A stretch of 62,860 nt of DNA, counting the filler, from Trypethelium eluteriae (lineage: Eukaryota), in assembly GCA_051942245.1 (NCBI GenBank). It is 3 parts of 3 records of this genome, joined end to end, with 100 filler letters (N's around TTAATTAATTAA, not from the genome) between each part and the next. Parts side by side here need not be neighbours in the genome. Positions count along the whole stretch, not along the records: positions 21,000 to 41,886 come from JAVECL010000485.1; positions 41,987 to 62,860 come from JAVECL010000486.1; 1 more part is not named here. One strand, given 5' to 3'. A program made the translations under genes and the position numbers. The notes under the pieces were generated by a model that made no database searches, was not told the origin of the DNA, and saw only the letters and a list, made by a program, of their open reading frames with translations. This document shows positions 39,560 to 50,116 of the stretch, piece by piece. Positions within the stretch are counted from its first letter, which is position 1. Every line of letters begins with the position of its first letter.

Positions 39560-41398
39560 TCAAGACTTGACCAGTAGGCTGTGTCCTTCCATCTCCTCAG
39601 GCTGAGACAGACCCATCGCACTCAGAACCGTGGGAGCAACATCACCAAGTACTCCATCCTTCTTCTTCAGGTTCCAACCTTCAGACGCATTGGCCATGAC
39701 AAAGGGTACCTTATTTGTTGTGTGCGATGTCTTCGGCTTGCCTTCTTCGTTCAACATCTCTTCGGCATTGCTATAGTGTTGTCAGGAACAGGTAAGGGCG
39801 GGATTGACTAGCACAGCACAACTTACCCATGGTCTGCGGTTATGAACAGGACGTAACCGCTTTTTTTGCACTGTTCGTAGATTGTCCCAATGGCTTTATC
39901 CGTCTCGGCGCAGCCCACAACTGCTGCCTCATATACTCCCGTGTGGCCAACCATATCAGGCGGAGCAAAGTTGTTCATGAGGAACTCAAATTTGCCTTCT
40001 GAGATTCTTTCGTTGAGCTTGTCTGCTACGGCCATGGCACTCATTTTAGGCTCTAGATCATAAGTAGCGACTTTGGGCGAAGGTATGAGTTCTCGCTCTT
40101 CTCCCTCGAATTGCTTTTCTATTCCACCGTTGAAAAAAAAGGTTACGTGCGCATATTTCTCTGTCTCGGCAATATGGCATTGCTTGGTGCCTTGCTTTCC
40201 AAGCCATTCCGCCAAGACGTTGCCCATGCGCTGAGGTTGAAAAGCGATAGGGAAGGTGTAGTCAGTCTTGTACTGTGTCATGGTGGTGAGATGTATGTTC
40301 TTTGGGTAAGGAAAGTCTGGTTTCGGAGATCGATCAACATCGCCAAGTAATTGCGTTACCTCTCGGACTCGATCGGAGCGGTAGTTAAAGAAGAAGAGTG
40401 TGTCGTTGTCTAGGCACTCAGATTAAGCAGAATTCAATCGTTTGCAGGATTCGCATACCTTGCACTCTAGCCTCCTTTCCTCCAACAATGATAGGTTTCA
40501 GAAACTCATCTGTCTCGTCTTTTTGATATCGTTCTTCAATGGTCTTGACTGGATCGGAGCTCTCCTCACCCTCACCTACTACGAGGCCTTTCATACCCAC
40601 CTCGACTCGATCCCACCGCTTATCACGGTCCATAATGTAATATCTACCAACCACGGTCGCAATCTGGCCAATTCCGATCTCTCTCATCTGGGCCAACAGG
40701 TCCTTCATATGGCCTGCGCCTGATTTCGGATCCGTATCGCGACCATCACCAAAGAAGTGGATGTAGACGTGAGGTACCCCGACTTCTTTGGCAACTTTCA
40801 ATAGAGCAATCAAATGGTTGATATGCGAGTGCTATAAATTGCTGTTAGGACCAGAGTGGAAGATTTTTGAGTTGTTTCTTGTGCCACATACAACACCGCC
40901 GTCAGATACAAGACCACACAAGTGTAGCCTCCCATTGCCATTCTTCGCATGCTGGAAGGACTCCTGAATCTTAGAATTTTTGTTGAGTTCACCTTTTTTT
41001 ATCGTCTGATCTATCCTGACGACCTAGATAGCTCCCTGGTAAGCGTGAAAGTTTGTATTACATCACCAAAATGGTGAACTAACGTCCTGCCACACGACTC
41101 GTCCCGCGCCAATGTTCAGATGACCGACTTCGCTGTTTCCCATCAATCCCTCTGGCAGACCCACGGCAAGAGAGGAAGCTTCGAGCTCAGTGTAACCCTG
41201 GGCAATCTTGGAACCATCTTTGGCAAATTCGTCCATCCATGGGGTTTCGGCGTTTAGGATAGCATTGCCTTTGGGTGGAGATTTGTCGCTAGGAACCCCC
41301 CAGCCATCAATAACGACTAACCCTCGTCAGCTAGTGAATTGAATGGCAGTCGAGGAATCTGAGGGAGGCTTACTCAAAACTGCTTTTTGCTCAACCAT
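39560..41398 (-). CDS. 2,3-bisphosphoglycerate-independent phosphoglycerate mutase
   Basis: [81 protein letters not shown]. Multi-exon. Confidence 0.95.
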
Positions 41399-41714
41399 GT
41401 TATCGAGTTTTTGTCTCTTGTTCTGCGCGATCTTAGCCAGAAGACTGCAAGCGACTGCGTACCCGACCTTACCGACATTTTCAGTGAAGAGCAAATGATA
41501 GCTCTGGTGATGTGGAGAGTGCAATGGCCGCCGCGGAAAAGTGTTGAGCAAGGTGATCCTCCGGTTTCCGGAGCTGGCAAAAAAGAAGCCTCCCCACGTC
41601 AGCGCTCATCGTGGGGCAGATCGCTCGGCCGGAAGTCCGTCCTCTCTTCACACCCTCCCCCCTCGTGCTCCTCTAGATACCTCTCCTTCTCCCTCTCAAT
41701 CTCTCACCACAAAA

Positions 41715-41886
41715 ATGTCCAACAAAAACACTCCTACGCCCAAAGCCTCCGCAACCTCCAGCCAACAATCCCCCTTCCCCGGCACAACCACCACTCCCAC
41801 CGGCGCCGGCGCTCCCGCCACCAGCACGACAACCACCAGCAGCAGCAGCACGAACCCGCTCTCGCCCGCCCACACCAGCACCAACC
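41715..41886 (+). CDS. 5' fragment of an unknown gene (Ser/Thr/Pro-rich N-terminus) running into the gap
   Basis: Good start context (CACAAAAATGTCC) after a pyrimidine-rich leader, divergent from the iPGM gene. The frame MSNKNTPTPKASATSSQQSPFPG... is open up to the Ns. Confidence 0.45.
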
Positions 41887-41986
41887 NNNNNNNNNNNNNN
41901 NNNNNNNNNNNNNNNNNNNNNNNNNNNNNNTTAATTAATTAANNNNNNNNNNNNNNNNNNNNNNNNNNNNNNNNNNNNNNNNNNNN
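41887..41986. other. Assembly gap with artificial six-frame-stop linker
   Basis: N run with TTAATTAATTAA at 41931-41942. Confidence 0.97.
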
Positions 41987-42403
41987 GTGGTGGGATTGGG
42001 GTTGGGATTGGATGATGGCTTTGTAGGTGTGTGATGAGGCGGAAGGTTGGAAGAGGATAGAGTAGTATGGCGTTCTGGCGATAGATATTCTTTAGGCGAT
42101 TCCTATGTGACGGACTTGTGCTTCGTATGTGAAGGCGATGTGATATTTTGTTAGGTTGGGTACCTAGAGAGCAGACATGTCACAGCCCAATTATAGTCTG
42201 TATCGAAATATTCCATTTGCATCTACCTGTTGTGGATGCTCAATTAAAGTACATTTGCCAATGCAAGAGAAATCCTTTTTTCCACCCGTCATGAAGATCA
42301 TAGAAAAGCGAGCAACAGAGGAACCAACTTGCTGCTACTTGGTCTATAGGAAACGCCTAACCCCAGGTGCATGGATGTCGTGATGAGCAGGAAAGTTAGA
42401 CAT

Positions 42404-44374
42404 TTAATCAACTTCCTCCACAGTAGGACCTTCATCACCACCGGCACCAGCGCCGGGAGCAGCGCCAGCACCAGGGAAACCACCTGGTCCACCGCCAGGC
42501 ATGCCACCCATTCCACCGGGCATACCACCCTCGCCACCAGCACCGTAGAACTTCATCATTATGGGGTTGGCAACAGCCTCGAGTTCCTTCTGCTGGCTCT
42601 CATACTCTTCCTTGGTAGCGGTCTGGCTGTCGTCGAGCCAGGCAACAGTCTTGTCAATCTCAGCCTTGAGCTTCTCCTTGTCACCAGCTTCAAGCTTCTC
42701 GTCGACCTTCGGGTCACCCAAAGTGTTGCGAAGAGAGTAAGCGTAGGATTCGAGACCGTTCTTCGCCTGAACACGGTCCTTCTCGGCTTCATCTTCCTCG
42801 CGGTACTTCTCTGCCTCTGATAACATGCGCTCGATCTCATCCTTGGACAGGCGTCCCTTGTCGTTGGTGATGACAATCTTGTTGCTTTTGCCAGTACCCT
42901 TCTCTTCGGCGGTGATGTTCATGATACTGTTGGCATCCACGTCAAAAGTAACCTGGATTTGAGGTACACCACGAGGCGCAGGTGGAATACCAGTAAGCTC
43001 GAATTTACCCAGGAGGTTATTGTCCTTGGTACGGGCACGCTCACCCTCGAAGACTTGAATGAGCACACCCGGCTGGTTATCGGAGAACGTGGAAAAGACC
43101 TCGGATTTCTTGGTGGGAATGGTAGTATTACGCTTGATGAGAGGGGTCATGACACCACCAGCGGTTTCGATACCGAGGGAGAGGGCAGTGACATCGAGCA
43201 GGAGGATTTCGTTTGTAGACTTCGAGCTTTGATCTCCAGAAAGGATAGCGGCCTGGACGGCAGCACCGTAGGCAACTGCTTCATCTGGGTTGATTGATTT
43301 ATTGGGTTCTTTCCCGTTGAAGAAGTCGGAAACCATCTTTTGAATCTTGGGAATACGAGTCGAACCACCGACGAGGACGATTTCGTGAACAGATGACTTG
43401 TCAATCTTGGCGTCGCGAAGCACACGCTCAACGGGCTCCATGGTAGAGCGGAAGAGATCCTGGCAAAGCTCCTCGAACCGAGCACGAGTGATGGAAGTGT
43501 AAAAGTCGATACCCTCATACAGAGAGTCAATCTCGATCGAAGTCTGAGCCGACGAAGAGAGTGTGCGCTTGGCACGTTCGCAAGCAGTTCGGAGACGACG
43601 GAGAGCACGAGCGTTGCTGGTGAGATCTTTGCGGTGCTTGCGTTTGAATTCGTTCACAAAGTGGTTGACCAATCGGTTGTCAAAGTCTTCGCCACCCAAG
43701 TGGGTATCACCGGCAGTAGATTTAACCTCAAAGATGCCTTCCTCGATGGTAAGAAGCGAGACATCGAAGGTACCACCACCCAAGTCGAAGATAAGCACGT
43801 TGCGTTCGCCTTCTGTCTTCTTGTCAAGACCGTAGGCAATGGCGGCGGCTGTGGGTTCGTTGATGATACGAAGGACGTTCAAGCCTGCGATAAGACCGGC
43901 ATCTTTGGTAGCTTGGCGTTGCGAGTCGTTGAAGTAGGCCGGCACAGTGACGACAGCATTGTTGACGGTCCCACCGAGATAGGACTCAGCAGTCTCCCTC
44001 ATTTTCGTGAGCACCATGGAGGATATTTCCTCCGGTGTGAATGATTTGGTCTCACCCTTATATTCGACGTTGACGACAGGCTTGCCATTCTTATCGACGA
44101 CCTTGAAGGGGAAGTGCTTCATGTCTGCTTGCACCTCCCCGTCGGCAAACTTTCTGCCAATGAGGCGCTTGGCGTCGAAGACTGTGTTGGCCGGGTTCAT
44201 GGCGACTTGATTCTTTGCAGCGTCACCGATGAGACGCTCGGTATCAGTGAAGGCGACGAAGGAAGGCGTTGTTCGGTTGCCTTGATCGTTCGCAATGATT
44301 TCGATGCGGTCATCTCGGAAGATGCCCACGCACGAGTAGGTCGTGCCCAGATCAATACCGATTGCTGGGGCCAT
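42404..44374 (-). CDS. HSP70: Cytosolic Hsp70 (Ssa type), intronless
   Basis: [40 protein letters not shown] repeats and C-terminal GPTVEEVD. Confidence 0.98.
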   Translation of the reverse strand: MAPAIGIDLGTTYSCVGIFRDDRIEIIANDQGNRTTPSFVAFTDTERLIGDAAKNQVAMNPANTVFDAKRLIGRKFADGEVQADMKHFPFKVVDKNGKPVVNVEYKGETKSFTPEEISSMVLTKMRETAESYLGGTVNNAVVTVPAYFNDSQRQATKDAGLIAGLNVLRIINEPTAAAIAYGLDKKTEGERNVLIFDLGGGTFDVSLLTIEEGIFEVKSTAGDTHLGGEDFDNRLVNHFVNEFKRKHRKDLTSNARALRRLRTACERAKRTLSSSAQTSIEIDSLYEGIDFYTSITRARFEELCQDLFRSTMEPVERVLRDAKIDKSSVHEIVLVGGSTRIPKIQKMVSDFFNGKEPNKSINPDEAVAYGAAVQAAILSGDQSSKSTNEILLLDVTALSLGIETAGGVMTPLIKRNTTIPTKKSEVFSTFSDNQPGVLIQVFEGERARTKDNNLLGKFELTGIPPAPRGVPQIQVTFDVDANSIMNITAEEKGTGKSNKIVITNDKGRLSKDEIERMLSEAEKYREEDEAEKDRVQAKNGLESYAYSLRNTLGDPKVDEKLEAGDKEKLKAEIDKTVAWLDDSQTATKEEYESQQKELEAVANPIMMKFYGAGGEGGMPGGMGGMPGGGPGGFPGAGAAPGAGAGGDEGPTVEEVD

Positions 44375-44542
44375 GGTGGTTGATTAGATGTGAATGGGAT
44401 GAGTATCTGAAGAGAATCGTGAAGAGTTTGTCGTGAAATGGAGCTCGATCCTATGAAGGCAGTGGATATCGAGCTCAAAGGTTGTGCACTGTGAAGTGGA
44501 TGGTTTTTTAGAAATGATGCGTTACAACAGAGTGGGCGATTT

Positions 44543-44611
44543 CTTATATGGCTGGAAGGCTGTGGGCGGGCGAAATTTTTAGTGAGGTTCGATTCGCTTC
44601 TGATTGCTTCC
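44543..44611 (-). promoter_or_regulatory. HSP70 promoter: step-type heat-shock element plus TATA box
   Basis: TTC-N7-TTC-N7-TTC at 44588-44610, matching the Hsf1 step HSE. ATATAAG on the minus strand at 44543-44549. Confidence 0.7.
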
Positions 44612-45193
44612 ATGCGCGCCCAGCAACCTCTCCAGCCTTCTGGCAGGAACGTGCATAACCAGGAACCCGCCACTCAAACAGAATGGGTGCCTAATCGCCA
44701 TCAGGTGATACGGACCTCACGCCGGATAACTCCAAATCTTCATTTCCTATTGAATTCAACACAGCCTGACACTTTACAATGCATCTCGAAGCGGAATGGG
44801 AAAGAAGCTCGCCGAGCTTCACCGCCTGACGTCATTGGTGGGCGGTGGGGCACTGAAAAGTGAACCCCAGGAAATTTCGGGTGGCGTTGGATCTCCGTAA
44901 GGCATGGAGGCAGGCTGGCAGGCTGTCCCAATCCAATTTCATCTCCACAGAAGCCTGCAACAAACCTGAGTTCTGTTTGGCGGCCAGATCGCTAGAAAAG
45001 ACAGAAAACTCCAGCATCAAGTCATCTTGTGTCTCCAGCAAATCACTCAATTCGGACATGATAAATCAACGGCACGCAGAGGCAGACTTAGTAGAATAGC
45101 TAAGTCAAGTCCTTAAGTCTCAGTAAACCTTGATGATAGTCCTTTTTGTATCTACTGATGTTTTTTGCTACCTATGCCTCGATAAGACACCAG

Positions 45194-47607
45194 CTATATG
45201 TGACTAATTCCGCTCCCAATTCTATTTACAATGTTGACCTGAAGATACCTATGTGCGTCAAAATCGCTCATTTTCATCGTTGCCTCACCGAAATTGAAAC
45301 ACGCCAGTATTACGTCCAGGAAAACCTCGCCAACCTGGTGCGGCAAGTCTCCTCGACATTTCTCCAGTATGCCAATTTTGAACTTTTCCAGGTCGTCCGG
45401 CTTGTTCGATGAGCCTAGCAAGGACGCTATGTTCTTCCAGAAGGCAATCTCTACAAGAAGAATTCCCTGCACTACTTGTGAGCTAATTTAACATGATTCG
45501 ATTCCAAACTTACCAAGGAATATACATCGTGAGTCTTCGTGAACTTGACCCTCGGACGGTTCCACCGGTCTGGATGGCGGGTAACATTATTTTCGAAGCC
45601 GTAATCAGCATCTCTGTTCGACTCGACAGACTCCGGCCTGCAATAATCGAACCCGAATAGCCATGGGAACGCCAGATCAACGTTACTGACAGGTGCACAT
45701 GGGGTTGGGCTTGTTTGCTCTTGTGCCTCACCGACTTGAGTTAGGGCCGGCTGAGGCCAGTCTGGTAAGAAAAAGATATTACTGCTTTTGTATTCTTTGT
45801 GGACCCATCCAACTCGGTGTAGGTTCTCTAATGCAGAGGCCAAAGATAACGCGAGGCGTCGGCGGTGCCCCAAGGGGACCTTACGTACCTCCTTCAGTAG
45901 AGTGGAAAGGGACGTGGGGACCCTCGCGGGGTTGTAGTTCTCGACGAGTTTGAATACTAACCCAAAACGCCGATGGACCTCTTCGTGAATGTATCCCTCA
46001 CACGGTAGGATATGATAGCTTGCCTTCTTGGGTTGATGTAGCAATGTTGTCATCCTACGGAGCTGTTCAAGGGCTTGCGCGTGAGGCATTCCAGAATCAG
46101 GATCCTCCTCATACTTAAAATACTCTACTACCACCTTTCTCTGTTTATAAATTCCAAGTTGAAATCGATCATTTCCACCAGAGAGCTTCACGGCTCCACG
46201 CGGAAGGGCCAATTCTGCGGGTATTGGTCGTAGGTTCAAGATATGTTCTCTTAAATTGAAAGCTTCAACTCCTGCGATAGCTTGGATGCTTTTATCTCGG
46301 CCAGCTTCCTTCAATACATCGTTCGGAGCTCCAATTAAAATACCAGTCTCCACTGCGTTGTTGACGGCTGAGATGGAGGACTCGATACTCTGATAAGATT
46401 CACTCGTCTCCAAAGATTGAGAAGATTGGGTGTTATGGCCGTCGTCTCGAGCTTTGCTTTCCACATCTGCCATCACGCTGTGGAGGCCACGCAGCTCTCG
46501 GAGAATTTGGCTCTGAGCAGCCGGTGAAAGCTTGCTCAAAGCAGAGCCAGGGGAAATGGCCTGCGTGTCATGGAGCTCCTGAAGGTTACGTGCTTTTAGT
46601 ACAACAGCTTCGATATTTACTGCTAAGAGATTTCTCGGCGGGAAGGCTTTCAACCAGTGAGCAATCTGGAGACCGGTAGGGTCGTCTGTAAGGGATGCTT
46701 TCAGGAGAATGAAAGACGATGGCTTTTGAATGAATCCAGTGTGTTTCGGGGTGACTAAGGGGCGTATGGTGATGCTCCGGGAGTGGGAACGGGCTAGGTC
46801 GAAATAGACTGGTGTTTCTGTCCAGCACATTAGCGTACCAGGCATGCAACAAGACCTGACAACAACATCGCCTCTTACCTGTGGTCATTGGGCTCTGTGC
46901 AAGCCGACTATGTAGATGAATCACTGTTATTTCTTGGTCCACTCTCAACAACCTACGGAGCATCTTTGTCACTAAAGTCGTAAAGGAAAGTGGCCCTGGT
47001 CCTGGTGTCAAAACTTTCTTACCAGATGCGGCAAGAAGCTCAAGTTTTCCGAGCGGCTTTTCGGGCTCGCTAACTTGTCCTGCATTGCAGCAGTCGAGTA
47101 TTAGGAGAACATCTCCAACGGCATCGTCAAGAATACGCTGTGTTCGGTGCCAAGACAAATCAGGCCCTCCTACTTCCTGTCTTTCTCAGTTCTTGTTAGC
47201 TTATCAAGGTAAGAAGGATATCGTATAGCAACTTACGCGCTCCATCGGGCTTTACCGTCCTTTCCTGAATCACAGTGGCCCGCATAATATATTACAGTCA
47301 AGGTATCCGCCTCAACTGAAGATGCCGCTACGAACTTCGACAGTTCCACATTAAGCAACTGCTGGGAATGTTCAGTTGGAATCTCATAGGTACAGGTGGA
47401 AAAATTGAGATCTTGCTCCAGGAGCACCCTCAGTGCTTGAAGTTCACTGCTTAGGGTGGCAGAGGGCCTGGTTGGCTCAACGGCGTCAAGATCGTGGTCT
47501 TTCCAGTAAAGAAGGAGTGCCTTGGCAGACGTGTATTCGATACGTTCAGAGAAATAGTTCTGTGAGCTTTGCTCAAATTGCTGGATAAAATTCTCCTCCA
47601 GTGACAT
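45194..47607 (-). CDS. Caspase-like (clan CD/C14-type) protease domain fused to a C-terminal kinase-like (probable pseudokinase) domain; about 749 aa
   Basis: Exons 47607-47237, 47180-46879, 46817-45514 and 45466-45194 join in frame (2250 nt). His/Cys dyad motifs IYYAGH and LILDCCNAG. Kinase-like lobe LHRVGWVHKEYKSSNIFF..LFGFDYCRP..TRHPDRW..DVYSLGILLVEIAFW. Confidence 0.8.
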
Positions 47608-47943
47608 CCCGAAATGGGTAGGTTCCGTACGTTCTTGGCCGCCAAGAAGCGTACGTCCCTCCAAACCTTCTCCAATCAAAGTAAGGTCAAGGTACAGTAT
47701 ATTTGACGTGAAAGCGGGGAATTGCAGTCGCGAACACTGGTACTAGGCAGCGACCGAACGGGGATGAGATGCGCCTGCTTTTAGCGGTGTACACCAGGCA
47801 GCGATGGCAAACGAAACTCGAGGCACCCCCCGGTAGTTGGGTGTGGCGTGTCTCATGCACGATGACCGATTCGGAAACCGAATGAAGGTCCCATTTAATT
47901 ATAAAGCAGCCTCCTTCAGCTTCTTTCGACGGCAAACCTCGCC

Positions 47944-48401
47944 ATGGCAGCAAGTTTTCTACGCGGCCGATCCAACCCAAGCTACGATAACGCTGAAGAA
48001 GAAGGAGAAGAAGAAGAAGAGAGACTTGTGAGTACGCATTTGTCGAACATGAGATGCAATAGCTCACGGTCATCCAAAGGCATCAGCATCTTTCCAGGAA
48101 GCTGTTCCAGGAAAGTTCCGAACCAGGGTGAATGAGTATCAAAACCAGTCAAAAGTATTTCTTGAATAGAGCGTATTCTCGCATGACGTGATATACTGAC
48201 AATTCGCAAAAGTTTCCGACAGCCCCACTGTACAAAGTGAACGAGGTTGTCTATCTCGTTGTGCCTGGTCAGGCCCAACCGTCAGGTCCGTTCCTGGTCA
48301 CTGCGGTGGAAGAGAATGACAAGTACAGGATAAGGCGACAAGACAACGGTCAGGCACACCCTGGATCTGTGCCGCAGGCATCTCTTGTCGTTCCCGCCTG
48401 A
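47944..48401 (+). CDS. Small 106-aa protein with acidic N-terminus and SH3/KOW/Tudor-like beta-barrel
   Basis: TATAAA at 47900. Exons 47944-48027, 48080-48127 and 48213-48401 have GT..AG ends and branch sites (gctcac, actgac) and are all phase 0. C-terminal sequence LYKVNEVVYLVVPGQAQPSGPFLVTAVEENDKYRIRRQDNGQAHPGSVPQASL. Confidence 0.7.
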
Positions 48402-48859
48402 ATGCTGCCTGTCGTAAGGTTGGAGCTTATGAGATGAGATGTAGGCAAGATGAAAGGCCGAAGAAAGCCACAGCCCCTCTTGTTCGACCAATTAGCCGTC
48501 AGAAAGGGTGATAGTACTGTGACCTAATAATGCACTCATTACAGTCATGTTTTCCTATCTCAACGTTGATACCTGCAAGAGTCGTTGCGAGCGCGTGACA
48601 TGATGCGGCGCATGATATGTATTCAATCAGAACGTTCACAGAAGCTTTCTACCATTAGCGTGGACTTTAGGTGGATTTTAGCGGAAAGTCAAACGGCAGG
48701 GATGCGATCACCGGTTAGTTGGCTGCAGCTCTTAAAAACGTAATTGTGCCCATTGGGACGGCAGCGCTGTATCTCATTGTGCCTCACACTCGAATGTAGG
48801 GACTGCCAAATACAAGGCTTGGACACTCTAGAGACTTACCAAACTCCGTACTAGCCCAG

Positions 48860-50116
48860 ATGGATAATTCTCTGAACAATCCATCTGCAAGTGGATCCAC
48901 CCAAGTTCCACGACGCTTTGTTGCTCGGCATCGTCGTAAGGATCCTCAACTTGCAATAGACACATTCGAATTCACTAATCGGGCCATGCTCCGAAGGTCT
49001 ATCAAACGACGATGTCGCCCGCTTTATTCACAGGCCGAATAGAAGTACATTAATCACGGGCGCTACTAATTCTGGTTCTAACAAATTCTAGTTGAAAATC
49101 ATCGACAGGGATATCCAAGGCTCTCCGCATTCATCAATAGCGATAGGAACTTCGCCTTGTTCAGAGGGTTCGGACAGCTGCAAGCACGGGTGCTGTTACA
49201 TATGCAAGACGAGCTGGCCCACTTGGAGCAGAGACTTAACGACCTCGATAATAACGAAAGAATAGCCTTCAACCTTAGCTCAAGCAGACAAGACTCGAAT
49301 GGGGCTCGCAGAGGAGTGCTCACGGAGCTTAAAAGCAAATTGAAAAAATACAGTAAGACAACAATAGTACGGCTGACTCTTCCCGACGCTCAAGATACCA
49401 GATCAAGCGATGGCAGCATATTGTACACATATCGAACGACGCGGCCCCCGGAAGTCTAAGATCCGCAACGCTTCTCACTGGCTCAAGGGAAATAAACCAC
49501 TTGTGGCTCAAGAGTCCGGTTTCTTGACTGACTGGGATGACTTGCGTTCCCCTAAAGATCCGTCTGACTACGGTGGACTGGAACGGTTTCTTGAAGGCGT
49601 TGTTGATGCCTTGAGTATTTGGGGCCTGAGCCGGGTTTGTCAATCGCCTCTACGATGAGGCTGAATGGCATACGCTAACTCTCAATCTTAATACAGTATT
49701 TCGTAACGCAGGTTTGATCATCGAGGCAGTGGAAGAGGCTACCTACTAATGGAAAGGGATGCAGGAAGATGCAGGCAAGTCTAGTGATGAACACATCATC
49801 TTAACAAGCACATCCCGTGTCGTGTTATTGTCTCGCTGCGTCATCACACTACTAGCCGTAAGCGTCCTCACAGTTCCCATCGCCATACTATACAATGTCC
49901 ACAATATGGCGTCAAGACTTTGGATTATTGTCTTATTCTCGGGCATATTCTCCGCCATCCTCGTTTCGTTCACACAGTCACGAAACTATGAGCTTTTCTC
50001 TGCTACTGCGGCGTAAGTCAATCTTCTGGAAGGCTGGTTTTCATTGTTCCATCTAACCACAGCACCGCGTTAGCTATTGTGCGGTCATGGTCGTCTTCGT
50101 AGGAAACTTACAGTAG
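48860..50116 (+). CDS. DUF6594-type protein (helical N-terminal domain plus about 3 C-terminal TM helices)
   Basis: GYPRLSAFINSDRNFALFRGFGQLQARVLLHMQDELAHLEQRL, WLKGNKPLVAQESGFL, TM segments, and terminal ELFSATAAYCAVMVVFVG. About seven exons including a 15-nt micro-exon at 49697-49711. Confidence 0.8.

Noticed and set aside
42371..44383. Several plus-strand ORFs antisense to HSP70
   Set aside because: Antisense open frames are a well-known by-product of HSP70 codon bias; they are fragmented and have no independent gene signals.
44585..44600. GGTTCGATTC resembling a tRNA T-loop / B-box
   Set aside because: No cloverleaf or A-box nearby; it is part of the HSE. No tRNA or rRNA gene was recognised anywhere in the window.
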